DNA of 64,000 bases, taken from assembly GCF_036588685.1 (NCBI RefSeq), contig NC_086374.1:65286001-65350000 (forward strand), in the 5' to 3' direction. Under the pieces are notes generated by a model. It was given only the letters and a program-made list of their open reading frames with translations. It was not told the DNA's origin and ran no database searches. Shown in pieces: positions 1-12,714 of this stretch. A program made the translations under genes and the position numbers. Origin of the DNA: Mytilus trossulus (Eukaryota). Each line of letters begins with the position of its first letter. Position 1 is the stretch's first letter.

Positions 1-133
1 TAAAGCACGTAGCCAATCAGATTCTGGCTTACTTAATGGTCATTTGGGTCTGTCAGAAAGTAGAACACAGGAGAGTGGTGCTGAGGGTGTTAAAATGGGA
101 TTGTTGTTCCAAGCACGGAGTTTGGATGATAGG
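1..133 (+). CDS. AKNA: AKNA-like protein, exon truncated by window start (KARSQSDSG...GLLFQARSLDDR)
   Basis: Open frame from nt 2 to donor AGG|gtaatt at 133/134, phase 0. Joins the next exon as QARSLDDR|MESFKTLL, resembling vertebrate AKNA 'QASQFLAKVESFERLI' (from memory). Confidence 0.8.
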
Positions 134-261
134 GTAATTAATATATTATACAACTATATGGTGTTCTCTGGATGTTAGTTCACAGAAATGAAATTACTCA
201 TAGTCCTTTAGATTCTGAAATAATGAATTCCACAATAATATATATAATTATACTTGATCTT

Positions 262-428
262 AATGTGGATTCATTTTTTTTCGTGGAAATATGATTTCAT
301 GGTTTTGGCGATCTCTGCATGCAAAACCTAAAGAAAATGTGTAGTGTTGAACATTGGAATTCGTTGTCCCACTGTACCCACAAAACCAACGAAATTGGTA
401 TCCAACAAATAATGATGAATCCACAGTA
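262..428. mobile_element. Short MITE (TIR tgtggattcat/atgaatccaca), Tc1/mariner-type
   Basis: Terminal inverted repeats. Same family as 5140-5351. Confidence 0.7.
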
Positions 429-1217
429 TTTTAACTTTAAAAAAAATACTTGAAAGTTTAAAAAGTTTTTTTAATAGCCGATAGTATTTTATGGTTTCAT
501 GTCACTATTTGATCGAATTTTTATTTCAAAATTTAGCTGATAATCATTTTTTTCGCCAACAAAATACCTTAGCAAAAGCAGGGGGAAAAAAATCTTTTAT
601 TTATTTGGTTAAATCACAGCTACATTGATCTCTTGTATTAAACATCATATTAGATCCCTTATGTACCTTTATCTCTTGTTCATTCTTGTACAACTTATAA
701 ACAAACCCATTTGGAAAATATTCAACAATTTTACTCATTGAAAATCCTTTTACACACAATTGATCAATTCTTATCCCGACAATGTGATAAATGAATTTAA
801 TGGTCTGACTTTTAAATATTCATACGTAATTGTAAGGGATTGATTTCAAATATTTTGGAATTTAAAGACCATCAATTTATTTACATAAACTTTTTTGAAT
901 AAGGTGTGCTGAAATTCTTTTTGAAATTTGTGAAACAAAACTTTTTGTTATTGTGATTTAACAAAATAAATAAAAGTATCTTTTTTTCAGATTTTGCATG
1001 AATATGGTAATAGAAATGCTGACACTCTTAAATTTTATTAAATGATTTTTATGTTTTTGCTCTACATTTATTATATAAAACACAACTGATTATATCTCTG
1101 TAGAATATATATAATTTTCCTAATTGGAATGAAAGAAACATAAAAAAAAAAAATGAAGCAAGCATCCACTCCAAATCTACAATCTGTGGTTCAAAAGAAA
1201 AAGCCTCATCAACTATA

Positions 1218-1692
1218 TTTATACCCCCGCTTTCAAAAAGGGGGGTATACTGTTTTACCTCTGTCTGTCCTTCCGTCAGTCTATCAGTCAGTCCGTCCGT
1301 CCCATGAATATTTTTCGTCGCATTTTTCTCAGGAACTACATTACAAGGATTTCTGAAATTTGGTTTCAGGGTTTATCTAAGTCAGCTATACCATGTGATG
1401 CGTTTTCAGATTGATCACTTGACAACTTCCTGTTTACCGAACACTTGTATGATTTTACACATGATAGCCAAGTTGAAAATTTTCGTCACATTTTTCTCAG
1501 GAACTACAATACAAGGATTTCTGAAATTTGGTTTTAGGATTTATATAAGTCAGCTATACCGTGTGATGCGTTTTCAGATTCATCACTCGACAACTTCCTG
1601 TTTACCGAACACTTGCATATATTTACACTATTAATATTATCCACTTGCAGCGGGGGTATCATCAGTGAGCAGTAGCTCGCAGTTTCACTTGT
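1218..1692 (+). mobile_element. Helentron-associated (HINE/DINE-1/pearl-like) non-autonomous element
   Basis: 5' subTIR tatacccccgc with adjacent inverted copy, (GTCC/GTCA)n microsatellite, ~2 internal 168-bp repeats, 3' subTIR gcgggggtat, hairpin gagcagtagctc, T-rich flanks. Confidence 0.85.
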
Positions 1693-2167
1693 TTCTCTTT
1701 TTTCTAAATCTAATGATATCATATATGCTGGAAAACCTTGGTTTAAAATGGCATTGATCTGGAGGTATTAAACACTCATTTTAAAAGCATACAGTTGTTT
1801 TTAAAATATAAGGTTAATAAACTTTGAATAACCTGGAACTACACTAATCAAATACAGAAAAGGCATTGTTCTTGAAAAGTATAAATGTAAATATTTAAGG
1901 TGGTATAGAAGACTACAGGGAGATAACTCTGTAAAAATCAGCTGAACCTAAATAATGTTTAATTGTTCAGGAAATATTAAGCTTTCAATGACCAATTTGG
2001 TGTTAGTCAAACTGCTATTTGTCCAACAATTTTTTTTCCGATAAAGTGTGTGGTTTAAGTTTTTTGATTTTTTTTTTATATTTTTGTTATAGGGTCGAAA
2101 TTTTATGAAAATTAAATGTTTGGTCTTATATATATGTTTCAATGTTAAAATATTTCTTTCTTTTCAG

Positions 2168-2722
2168 ATGGAATCATTCAAAACTTTGCTGGAAGAAAAA
2201 CAATTGACTCATGAAGAGAAGGCTAAAGTTTTTGATCAGGTCAGAACAAACCATGAAAGACTGAGACATGACTATTTACAGTCAAAAGAAGATTATAACG
2301 TTCTGAAACGGTCACAGCCTAATTTAACTGATATTAATTTTGATGGAGACAAAGAGCTAGAGGGAGAATTATTCAGACTTGGTATGAAATTTGATGAAAT
2401 CCATGAAGAAATTGAACAAAGTGAAAAAGAAAAAGCCTCGGAACGACAGCCTTTTCAGAAAAAAATGGTTGATGCAAACACTTCAGACATGTCAGATGTT
2501 AATTCTAGCGACCATGAAGGTAGATCTGTTGACCAAATGAAAAAGAAAATAAAAGGAACCATAGCTGGTGATGATTTGATTAAACCAAGAGAGAACTCTG
2601 AATTTGAACAGAAAGTGAAACAATTACATGAGGAATATAGTGCTTTAATGGATAGGTATCGTAGATTGAAACAAATGGCTCAGACACCAGAGAGGGAAGA
2701 GGAAATAGATAATCTTGTCCGT
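2168..2722 (+). CDS. AKNA: AKNA-like protein exon, coiled-coil region
   Basis: Acceptor ttttcag|ATG, donor CGT|gtaagt, phase 0-0. FDGDKELEGELFRLGMKFDEIHEEIE resembles the recalled AKNA block FDPRRELEAEIYRLGSCLEELKEHID. Confidence 0.9.
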
Positions 2723-2886
2723 GTAAGTGTCATTGACTTAATTTATAAAGTAGCTTCTGGTTTTTTTGGGGAGGGGGGATAAGAACTTTCTTATTAACTG
2801 TGTATATAGTAAAAAAACAGTACATCAAACACATTGCTTCCTTTTTACCACAAAACTTATGGTGCAAATAATGAACTGTTTTTACT

Positions 2887-3494
2887 GAACATTTGAGTAT
2901 ACACAAATCTGTAGTACTCTGAACATTTGAGTATACACAAATCTGTAGTACTCTGAACATTTGAGTATACACAAATCTGTAGTACTCTGAACATTTGATC
3001 ATGAGTATACACAAATCTGTAGTACTCTGAACATTTGATCATGAGTATACACAAATCTGTAGTACTCTGAACATTTGATCATGAGTATACACAAATCTGT
3101 AATACTCTAAACATTTGAGTATACACAAATCTGTAGTACTCTGAACATTTGATCATGAGTATACACAAATCTGTAGTACTCTGAACATTTGAGAATACAC
3201 AAATCTGTAGTACTCTGAATATTTGAGTATACACAAATCTGTAGTACTCTAAACATTTGAGTATACACAAATCTGTAGTACTCTGAACATTTGATCATGA
3301 GTATACACAAATCTGTAGTACTCTGAACATTTGAGTATACACAAATCTGTAGTACTCTGAACATTTGAGTATACATAAATCTGTAGTACTCTGAACAATT
3401 GAGAATACACAAATCTGTAGTACTCTGAACATTTGAGTATACACAAATTTGTAGTACTCTGAACATTTGAGTATACACAAATCTGTAGTACTGA
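2887..3494. repeat. Intronic minisatellite, 34-bp unit, ~17 copies, five with a 6-bp TCATGA insert
   Basis: gaacatttgagtatacacaaatctgtagtactct repeated. Accounts for the spurious minus-strand ORFs at 2730-3529. Confidence 0.97.
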
Positions 3495-3797
3495 CACATA
3501 AATTGTATACAAAGTGAAGATATATTCAAAAGAACAAATATGATAAAATCTTATATGTCAATAGTTATAAATAAGAAATTTGATATTTTCTGCACTTTAA
3601 TTAAATCATTACAAACAGAATGTCCTGTTATGTCATTTGGTTTTTCTTTTCATATAACTTTGAGAGCTCACTATTTCCATTTTTTCGGAGTAAGAATGGG
3701 AAAAGTTGACCGATTTTCTGCCAACAAAGACATAATTGTATAGTTAACTAAATATTTTTATTTCTGAATAGCTTCATGTGTAAATTATATTTTATAG

Positions 3798-3862
3798 AAA
3801 CTAAGAAATATTTGTGATGACGAACCAGATATCTTTAGAATGCCAAGGGAATTACAAGAAAG
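3798..3862 (+). CDS. AKNA: AKNA-like exon (KLRNICDDEPDIFRMPRELQE)
   Basis: tttatag| acceptor, AG|gtaag donor, phase 0-2, open frame. Confidence 0.85.
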
Positions 3863-5139
3863 GTAAGATCACTTATTCATCAATTACTTAAGGTTAAAGG
3901 TATAGCCAGACATTTGAAATACAAATTTTTGTCTTTGTTTCAGCAGATAGCCAGAAATTTCTTGCATGCTATTTTATATGCTTTTTAATGCTTAACGCTA
4001 ACAATAACAATATTAAAATTTAACAGATTAAAAACTAACATACATCATAATAATAATTTCTCTGTTTACTATATACATACTTTCCTTTTGATGTAATACA
4101 CAATAAAAATTAAGCATCAGTTATAAGCAATGTATTACCCTACTCTACAAGGGGTAAACATGTTTCACTGTAGTTTGAGAACAATTTATCCAAATTTCAT
4201 GAAAATTAAAATAGTTGTTTCTTATGATGGTCAAATGATCTATATACTTTTAGGTGAAAATAAGATTAAAATGTTTTAAGTTTTGGGACTTTGTAACTTA
4301 AAAACAGGGATGTGTGGGGGTGGGGGGTGGGGGGTGGGGTGTGTGGGGTGTGAGGGTTTCACATATTGTGCTGTATCTCAAAAATGATTTATGATTATTG
4401 CTTAAAACTTCACACACTTGTTAGCTATATAAATTTGAAGATCTGTATACTTTTTAGTGATGACTCTTCATTTTGTTTTTGAGTTATTCAATACCTATTG
4501 AGCTTTTGGTAAAAAAACATATAAAACATATTGTTATCAAATTTTTTTCTGTCTCTTACATGTGTATATAAAGTTCCTATTGAGCAGGGATAAGGAATTA
4601 ATCAGAATATACTTAGCATGACTACCTGTACAACCCCTGTGTTATTCCAAAAACATTTAATTTTGTTAATTTCACAAAACGTAGGGTGAATCATGCGCTC
4701 GTGGCGCAGCTGTTTATTGATATTTCAGATACTTACTTCCTGATTGCATATATACTTTAGATATTTCAATAGGGATGTTAAGTTCTCATCACACCTTTCT
4801 CCATAATACAACAAAATAACTATATATGGTCAGCGGCCCAAAAGTAATGTTGTAACAAAGTATTATATACATGTTCTTTTCAGATCTATCACACACCCAC
4901 TTCCGGTTTTCCTTTAATTTGAAATACAAGTGAGAAATAGCCCAATAACACATGCATTCTTGTTAACATCATGCTTTGACTATATTAACTTAAGCTCTCT
5001 GATGTTTTAGTTATATTGCTGGTCTACTTTGAATCTGCAGGATTTAATTTATAACACTGCATGTACATTAACACACGGAAAAAAACCTAAAAAATTGTAA
5101 TTTTCTATTATTCAGAGCATGTACACTTCAAAAATAATG

Positions 5140-5351
5140 TACTGTGCATTCATTAATTTTTGTTGGATACCAATTTTCGTTGATTTCGTGGTTACTGTTA
5201 AACCACGAAATTAAATATTCAACGATTGACAAATTTTCTAAAGGCTTGTATGTCGATTTCATCTAAACTACAAAATTAAATATCCACGAACATGCAAGTT
5301 TTCCCTAATCCACGAAAATTGGTAGCCACGAAAATAAATGAATCCACAGTA
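5140..5351. mobile_element. MITE with TA-flanked TIRs
   Basis: tactgtgcattcatt...aatgaatccacagta. Confidence 0.75.
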
Positions 5352-5488
5352 ACTAGTTCTAACAAAATTGCTTTTAACAATGTCATATTCAAAACTTGAT
5401 TGTATCTAATGTCCTAACTGACATATTGTTCCATTTTATTAACTTTTTTCTTAATTTTGATCTTGCTTTGCTTGGCTTTCTAACACAG

Positions 5489-5572
5489 CCATCGTCTAAC
5501 TCCTTCTAACAGTAGTGCAGCAGCTTCTAGCCGCAGCAGTAGTACTAATTGGTTCAATGAAGAAATTGAAAG
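5489..5572 (+). CDS. AKNA: AKNA-like symmetric exon (HRLTPSNSSAAASSRSSSTNWFNEEIE)
   Basis: Pyrimidine tract plus cacag|, donor AG|gtaat. 84 nt, phase 2-2, open. Confidence 0.7.
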
Positions 5573-5962
5573 GTAATTTGCATAATGGGTATAATTATGT
5601 ATTTTGATGTATTGTAAGTAGTTATCTGTAAGACTCTGAGGTAAACAAAATGTGGCTATGTTACATACATGACATAATGAATATGAAATGCTGGTAGAAT
5701 ATAATAAAGAAACTTATGAAACTGGAACCAAGTTACTGTAACAGGAAATATCACCTGCAATGAATTGCAAATATTAACCCATACTGCTTTGGATGATTTA
5801 GAAAACTTTTTTTATAAATGCAATGGACTAGTACTGTTCAAAACTTAATTAAAGAAAGATTTGAATAAATGAATGAAATAAAAAATAACCAAAAAAAATG
5901 CAAGTGTGATAGTAAATAAATCCCAATATTGAAAACTTTATCAGCGGATACATTTTTTACAG

Positions 5963-5995
5963 TTCCTCACCAGAGGAAATAGAAACTGATGATGG
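5963..5995 (+). CDS. AKNA: Candidate 33-nt microexon (SSPEEIETDD)
   Basis: ttttttacag| acceptor, GG|gtaagt donor. Phase 2-2 fits the surrounding phase-2 intron; open frame. Confidence 0.55.
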
Positions 5996-6420
5996 GTAAG
6001 TTGGTGAAATATGGAATTCTGGGTAAAAACTTTCAACTGTAAAAGGTAATTGTGGTAACTACCAGTAATACAAAAAATGATTAAAATTGGAGTTAGGATA
6101 TTACAGTGAAAGTATTGGCTTTCATAAACATTATGGTTTTCATGATTGTTTTGAGGCCGTAAGTCTTGAATTGGATACCCAGAACTCCATATATTGCAGA
6201 TGAAAAGATATGTTTGTGGATTTGGCTAAAATGGCAGATTTGACACTGTATTTAATTTTATAATGTAATGCATATATTTGTTATGAATGTTTTTTATCAT
6301 GTATTTACTAGTCACATTATCATCACATAACATTTGCTGTAACATGAAATTCTGCTCATTTATTGATACATGCTTTTTTTTTATGTTTATTTATTTATTG
6401 CAATTTAGATTTGAAACTAG

Positions 6421-7510
6421 TTTTTTGTCGAGCCTGCAACTTTTGTTGCAGAAAGCTCGACATAGGGATAGTGATCCGGCGGCGGCGACAGCGGCTACGG
6501 CGGCAGCGGCGGTGTTAGCTCACTTCTTAAAAGCTTTATATTTCAGTAGGTAGAAGACCTGGATGCTTCATACTGTGTATATAGATGCCTCATGTTACGA
6601 ACTTTCCGTCAGTCACATGTCCAATGTCCTTGACCTCATTTTCATGGTTCAGTGACTACTTGAAAAAAAAGTTAAGATTTTTTGTAATGTTAAATTCTCT
6701 CTTATTATATGTAATTGGATAACTATATTTGGTATGTGCGTACCTTGCAAGGTCCTTATGCCTGTCAGACAGTTTTCACTTGACCTCGACCTCATTTCAT
6801 GGATCAGTGAACAAGGTTAAGTTTTCGTGGTCAAGTCCATATTTCAGATACTATAAGCAATAGGTCTAGTATATTCGGTGTATGGAAGGACTGTTAGGTG
6901 TACATGTCCAACTGGCAGGTGTCATCTGACCTTGACCTCATTTTCATGGTTCAGTGGTTATAGTTAAGTTTTTGTGTTTTGGTATGTTTTTCTTATACTA
7001 TATGCAATAGGTCTACTATAATTTGTGTATGGAATGATTGTAAGGTGTACATGTCTAGCTGACAGGTGTCATCTGACCTTGACCTCATTTTCATGGTTCA
7101 GTGGTCAAAGTTAAGTTTTTTAGTTTTGGTCTATTTTTCTAATACTTTATGCATAAGGTCAACTATATTTGGTGTATGGAAATATTTTATGATCTTTATG
7201 TAGGTTACGCAGGTTTTATTTGACCATGACCTCATTTTCACGGTCCATAGCTAAGTTTTAAGTGTTTGTGTTTTGGTCTGTTTTTCTTTATTTATAAGCA
7301 ATAAGTCAACTATATTTGTTGTATTGAAGAATTGTTAGCTGTACATGTCTGCCTGGCATGGTTCTTCTGACCTTGACCTCATTTTCATGGTTCATTGATC
7401 AATGTTTCATTTTCTTGGTTAATGTTGAGTTTATGTGGCTATATATTTAGGTCTATAAAGATAGTATCAAGAGTAAAGAAGGCGAGACATTTCAGTGTGT
7501 GCACTCTTGT
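6421..7510 (+). mobile_element. HINE-type element with (GGC)n tract and ~6 internal ~147-156 bp repeats
   Basis: 5' palindrome tgtcgagc...gctcgaca, GGC microsatellite, repeated gacctcattttcatggttcagtg, 3' end ggcgagaca...gtgtgtgcactcttgt. Confidence 0.85.
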
Positions 7511-8906
7511 GTGAATTTAATATAGTACTGAGAGATCAATAATCAGGAGAGTGACTTTTGCTTTGAGTACCATTGCAAAAAATATTAGAGGGGTCTTTTA
7601 ATAGGTGGCCTGTTGCAAGGCAAAATTTCTGTCCCCTTTCCAATTTCAAGTTATTTTTTAAAAAGTCATAATTATCCACCTTTCATCTTGGCTCTTGAAA
7701 GTCTAAGTTATACAAACCATATTCATATCTTAGACACTACACAGCTACTTTTGCATAGGTACTATTTCTGTACTAAAAATATGAAGTACTAGAAATTTAC
7801 TTTTGATATTTAGTACTATTTTTTTACTTTAAAATTGTTGTATACAAAGAATGATAATGTAACACAATGTGTGGAAGCATCTTCGGATGGAAAGTCAACT
7901 AAAAGTAGGTCACTGTGACCTTCAATTATGCTTCATTGATTAAGGTTAAAAGTTTTTATCCAAGTTTGTATGTCAGCACTTTGCATAAAAGTACTCTACA
8001 AAACAGAAACTTGGGTTTAAAGAGTTCATAGATGTAAATGAAAAATACAGAATTATATTGACATAAAGAAATACAATAAAATTCAGTGATAGTTTTAAAT
8101 ACTTTAATTGTTGCACCAGCTGCATAACTCTAGATGTATATCTTTAAAGCAAATGATAATATAGAATTTGTATTATTTTAAACATTACTGTCGTATTTTA
8201 TCTCTGGTCATTATTATATGTATAATTTAGCATGACAACTTTTATTAAACATAAACTGCATTGTATATTGTTTAATAATTTCATACAAAATAGTGAATAC
8301 AATTGTTACAACTGGACAGGATGTATTGCAATAGTCATCACAAAAATAATGACACTTTTTGTTATTTTTTTAATCACCTATATATTTAAATTGTTACATA
8401 CTCACATGGTGTATAATTCACTTTTGGCATCATAATTTCATGCAGTTGAATCTATTTCCACTTAATTTTTTTTAATTTTTAAATTTGATCGATTATTTCC
8501 AAAATATTGCTAACATAAGCATTCATCAATAGTCATAGTGGATATTATTTTTCAAAATGTGAAATTTAAATTTAATGAACATGATTTTAATTAAAGAATT
8601 TTACATTCAATCACTATCTTGCAGCATTCAAAATTTAGAAAATTGCGATTAGAACAGAGTGTAGAAAGCTATTTGGTCGCAGACATGACAACTTTGTATA
8701 CTAATGGAAATAGCTGAAAAATATTAAAAGAAGAAAATTTTATTCTTCACAAGAGAAGTCTAGCTGACAAAAATAATTCAGTCTATTTATATAACTTTGT
8801 AGGTGGGTCTCTTGTATGAATTAACAATTAAAGCAACTATGTTTATTTTTTTTAATATTTTATTACTGATTATTTAGAGTTTGACTAATAAGTTAGCCTA
8901 TTACAG

Positions 8907-9054
8907 GTGGGAACAAATACATGATGGAGACGAAGAAGCTAGACTCCTGGGGCGGCGACGCCCATCAGAGGCAGTATCAGAAAATGGACCTATGCAAAAT
9001 GGAGTCAGAAGAAAAGAACCTTATGCAAGTGTAGAAAATCAAAGTTTTACAAGG
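8907..9054 (+). CDS. AKNA: AKNA-like exon (WEQIHDGDEEARLLGRRR...NQSFTR)
   Basis: Branch-like ctaat at 8885, ttacag| acceptor, AGG|gtttgt donor, phase 2-0. Confidence 0.85.
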
Positions 9055-9368
9055 GTTTGTAGTTGTGAACAATTTTTTTTGAACTTTTGACAATGCAGAA
9101 GCTTATTAGATAAAATACTGTGTAATTGTCAAGATAACAGAATTTGCATTGCATGATAAAATTATGACCAAAAAAGGCAAATTGAAGTATTTGTTTAAAT
9201 TTTTCCTTCTCAGATATTTGTGGTGAACAAATGAATAAGATAAGATATATAATTTTTTTACCAAACAATTTCTTTGAAAAGGTTTGAAATATAATTAAAA
9301 AAATAAATTTAGAATTTCACTTTACTTTTGGTTGAAATGTTGTAGTAATTTGTCACATGTTTTTACAG

Positions 9369-9444
9369 GGAAGAGAAAATAATCCAAATGCATCTATGGA
9401 AAATGCTCATGACAGGTCAAGGTCACACCAGGATATGAATGGAG
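9369..9444 (+). CDS. AKNA: AKNA-like exon (GRENNPNASMENAHDRSRSHQDMNG)
   Basis: ttttacag| acceptor, G|gttagt donor, phase 0-1. Confidence 0.85.
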
Positions 9445-10104
9445 GTTAGTATTTGTCTTATTCAGTAGATATGGATGCTAGTTGAGCAAAGAGGTAATTT
9501 TCATGTCAGTGTTGTAATAAAAAAAATAAAAGTCAATATGAAATACTAGCTTACTTATCAAACCAATTCAGTTTAAAGAATGCTGCAATAGAAAATGACG
9601 AGTAAGCTGACCTATAATGAATTTGATATGACAACTGAGATTTTATTTATCAACTTGCACTTCTATTGCAATTCTGTTATAAGCAAAAATTTCCAAGGGC
9701 TGTTGGCTGATGAAGAGCAAGTGGATCAATCAATTTTAACATTCTGTGGTTTGGTGGTTTTAATGAAGTTCCTCTTAGTGTGTTTCTTAATAATTAGAAT
9801 AAAAGATAAGTTGATTCAAGCAGCTTTTGTACTGGTATTCAGGATTGTGGAAGAAAATGTTAAATGGCATTGTAAAGGAAGTGCGAAAGATTCCAAATGG
9901 ACATTCAAACTTATTGGTCAAAAATAAACTGACAATCTTAGGCCAAAAAACTAAAAATTATTGAAAGACAAACAACAGTATGTAAACACAACATAGAAAA
10001 CTACCGACTGAGAAAAAAACAAACCACCAAAAACTGAGTAAAAGTTTTCTTATTTTAAGTACTTAAAAAAGAAAATAACAATCTGTCAGTTATAAGATCA
10101 TAGA

Positions 10105-10420
10105 TATAAGAAGATGTGGTATAAGTGTAAATGAGACAACTCTCCATTCAAGTCACAATTTGTTAAAGTAAACCAGTATGGTTTAAAATACTGTCTTCAA
10201 CTTGAAGCCTTGGCTCACATCGAACAGCAAGCTATAAAAGGGCCCCAAAAATAGGAAAAAAAACCATTCTAATTTATGTAAAAGAGCAAGAAATAAGAAA
10301 CACTTCTGAACTACATCAACTAATGACAATCACTGAACATCAGTTCCTAACTTAGGACAGGTGCAAACAAATGCAGCTAGTTTAAAACATTTTATTAGGT
10401 ACCAACCTTCATCTTAACCT
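10105..10420 (+). repeat. Abundant dispersed SINE-like repeat (also ~14700-15010, 29580-29925 minus, 44236-44530, 53215-53560, 56140-56530 minus)
   Basis: Shared head aagaagatgtggtat...aatgagacaactctccat. Confidence 0.8.
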
Positions 10421-10533
10421 GTATTGAAGTGTACTATGACATGAATAAATATGTCAGCCATATTTATTCCTTATTTTGAAAAAGCATTTCGGGCAGCAAA
10501 TCATTTAAGATGAAAATTTTACTTACATTATAG

Positions 10534-10721
10534 ATCTGACAAGAGAAAGTGGTTTACCGGGATCCTACAACTTTTCTGGGAGCCAAGGTAGCTTATCATC
10601 CAGAGACAGTAGAGGGAGATCACCCAGGGAGTTTGATCGTTCATTTGATAGAGATTCACCTCATTTACCTCGCCCAAGAAGACATGATCTTAGAGACCCT
10701 AGACGCATGGATAGAAAAAAG
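10534..10721 (+). CDS. AKNA: AKNA-like exon (DLTRESGLPGSYNF...DPRRMDRKK)
   Basis: ttatag| acceptor, AAG|gtttgt donor, phase 1-0. The real frame differs from ORF-track entry 10549..10788. Confidence 0.85.
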
Positions 10722-11324
10722 GTTTGTGAGGATTTGGGGTAATGCAAAAATGTTCTCATTGGTGAAGGCTGTACAGCATGTACAGTGACTTGCAATATTG
10801 CTTTTATCTTCATCATAAGAACTCTAGTGTTATAGTTATCTCATTATCAAGCATGCCACATCTCCTTATTGTTATATGTAAATATATAAATGTTTAGAAT
10901 TGAATAACAACAAAAGCTGCTATAATAAGAATTATTCAAACATTTAAAACATTGGGATTTTGTGACTTACCAAAAATAAGCATAATTTAATTTCGTGGAA
11001 GCAATAAGTTATGTAATCATTATTAAGAAATACAAGTTGTTGAAGATGGACTTAGATATGATAACAGTGATACTTTGTAGAAAAACATTCAAAATATTCT
11101 TCTATCCTTTCAAAGGTTACTTGCAAAAGAAAAGTTATTTTGATGACATAATCTGGTCATTTTAGTTCAAAAACTAACAGTTTTCAATACACTGTGTGAA
11201 AACAAAATCATTTATATAGTAATTATATAGTGCAGTATCATACTTCCATGAACAATGATATAATCCCACGATTATGGCTTATAGGATCTATACTTATAAG
11301 ATATATATATATACTCTATTGTAG

Positions 11325-11587
11325 CATAGTATGTCTGGCAGTATGCAGAGTTTACAGGATAGTGGAATATCAGACCAAGAGAATGGGGCCTCAGGAGGGG
11401 GACCACTGTCAAATATTCCAGGTCCAGGCAAATTTAAAGAGATGACCAAACAAAGGAATGCTCCTGATGCAGACAGTGGTTTCATTGGTTCAATTGTTGG
11501 GTCAGAGGTCAGTCAACTCTCAGCAAGGCAACAGCAACAGCAGCAGCAGCCATCGTTGAGACTTAGAGGTCCACCTGCTTCACCAAG
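11325..11587 (+). CDS. AKNA: AKNA-like exon with DSGFIGS motif and polyQ
   Basis: tgtag|CAT acceptor, AG|gtaat donor, phase 0-2. PDADSGFIGS resembles AKNA PETDSGFVGS (recalled). Confidence 0.9.
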
Positions 11588-12040
11588 GTAATATTATGAT
11601 AATAGTAGTTCACAGATTAACTGTTAGAGACAAGGTGTTTAGTCAGTATTTGGATAATATCAGTGAGTAAACTCAACTTTAGGAGAGTGTCAGTTGAAGG
11701 CAAATTTTTGAAAATAAAAAAACCTATATAAATAGCTGTGATGCATAGAAAATTGAAGACAACAAAAATGAATAAAATGTGGAAAAAAAAGAAAAAAGAT
11801 AGGGTGTATTGATCTTTACAAAAAAAATATACATCCGCTTAACAAAAATTCAAAGCACCTTTTTTTAAAAATTAATCTCAAAATCACAGTGAGTTCTTCA
11901 AAACCAGGCTGATTTCTGCTGTTTGGTCGAGTTGTTGCCTCTTTGACACATCCCCTCATTCTATTTTCAATTTTATTTAACAGGCAATGCAATATTAAAT
12001 GTGATATTATAAATTGTCTGACACTCTCTGACATTTGTAG

Positions 12041-12303
12041 ACCCAATTCAAGACAAAGAGATTCTGACAGTTCAATGGCAAGTGCTCGTGTAAGAAATAA
12101 GGATCGTCCACCTTCAAGGGATTCTAATCGTTCAAGGAATAGGAAAGATCAATCATCACAGTCGAGGGATTATACAGATGATAGCTACACTCTAACCACA
12201 GAAAGTGAGATGAGTTTTGAGATTCCGTCTGAAAGACGTAGCAATAGAGGTGGTAGAAAGAGGGGAGGTAGTTTGGAGAATACAATAGAAGAGGAAGAGG
12301 AAG
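12041..12303 (+). CDS. AKNA: AKNA-like Arg/Ser-rich exon
   Basis: tttgtag| acceptor, G|gtattg donor, phase 2-1. Frame of ORF 11943..12332. Confidence 0.88.
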
Positions 12304-12624
12304 GTATTGTCATAGCAACAATATATTTTTGATTTTTATAGTTTTCGGGTTAGATGTGTACATGGATTTTTTATTTTCATTTTTATTAGACAAAATAATA
12401 GAGTTTTTGTTTTGTATTACACTTTTTATTTTCACATGCTTCAAGCTGAATATGAGCACTAATTTCTAGTTTGTTGTTTAAGTTTTGTAACTCATGCTGC
12501 TGTATTGGTACTGAAAGTTGCATATTATTATTTTTCTGTCAATTTCAGGATTTCAATATTGCTATTGATCTATTTTTTTTAGTCTTCTTCATATATAATT
12601 TTGTAAACAATGATAAATTTCCAG

Positions 12625-12714
12625 GATCATCTATAAGTTTTACTACGCTGGATGAAAGCAGAGAGTCCCATCAGCCGTTTTTGAATTTAGGTCTCCATTC
12701 AGCAAATCGGAAGG
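12625..12714 (+). CDS. AKNA: Candidate 90-nt cassette exon (SSISFTTLDESRESHQPFLNLGLHSANRK)
   Basis: tttccag| acceptor, G|gttagg donor. Phase 1-1 fits the phase-1 intron; open and GC-richer than flanks. Confidence 0.45.

Noticed and set aside
2730-3529. Overlapping minus-strand ORFs / CRISPR-like repeat
   Set aside because: Products of a 34-bp tandem repeat with no unique spacers, in a eukaryotic intron with no cas genes.
6287-6553. Poly-Ala ORF
   Set aside because: The (GGC)n tract of a HINE element.
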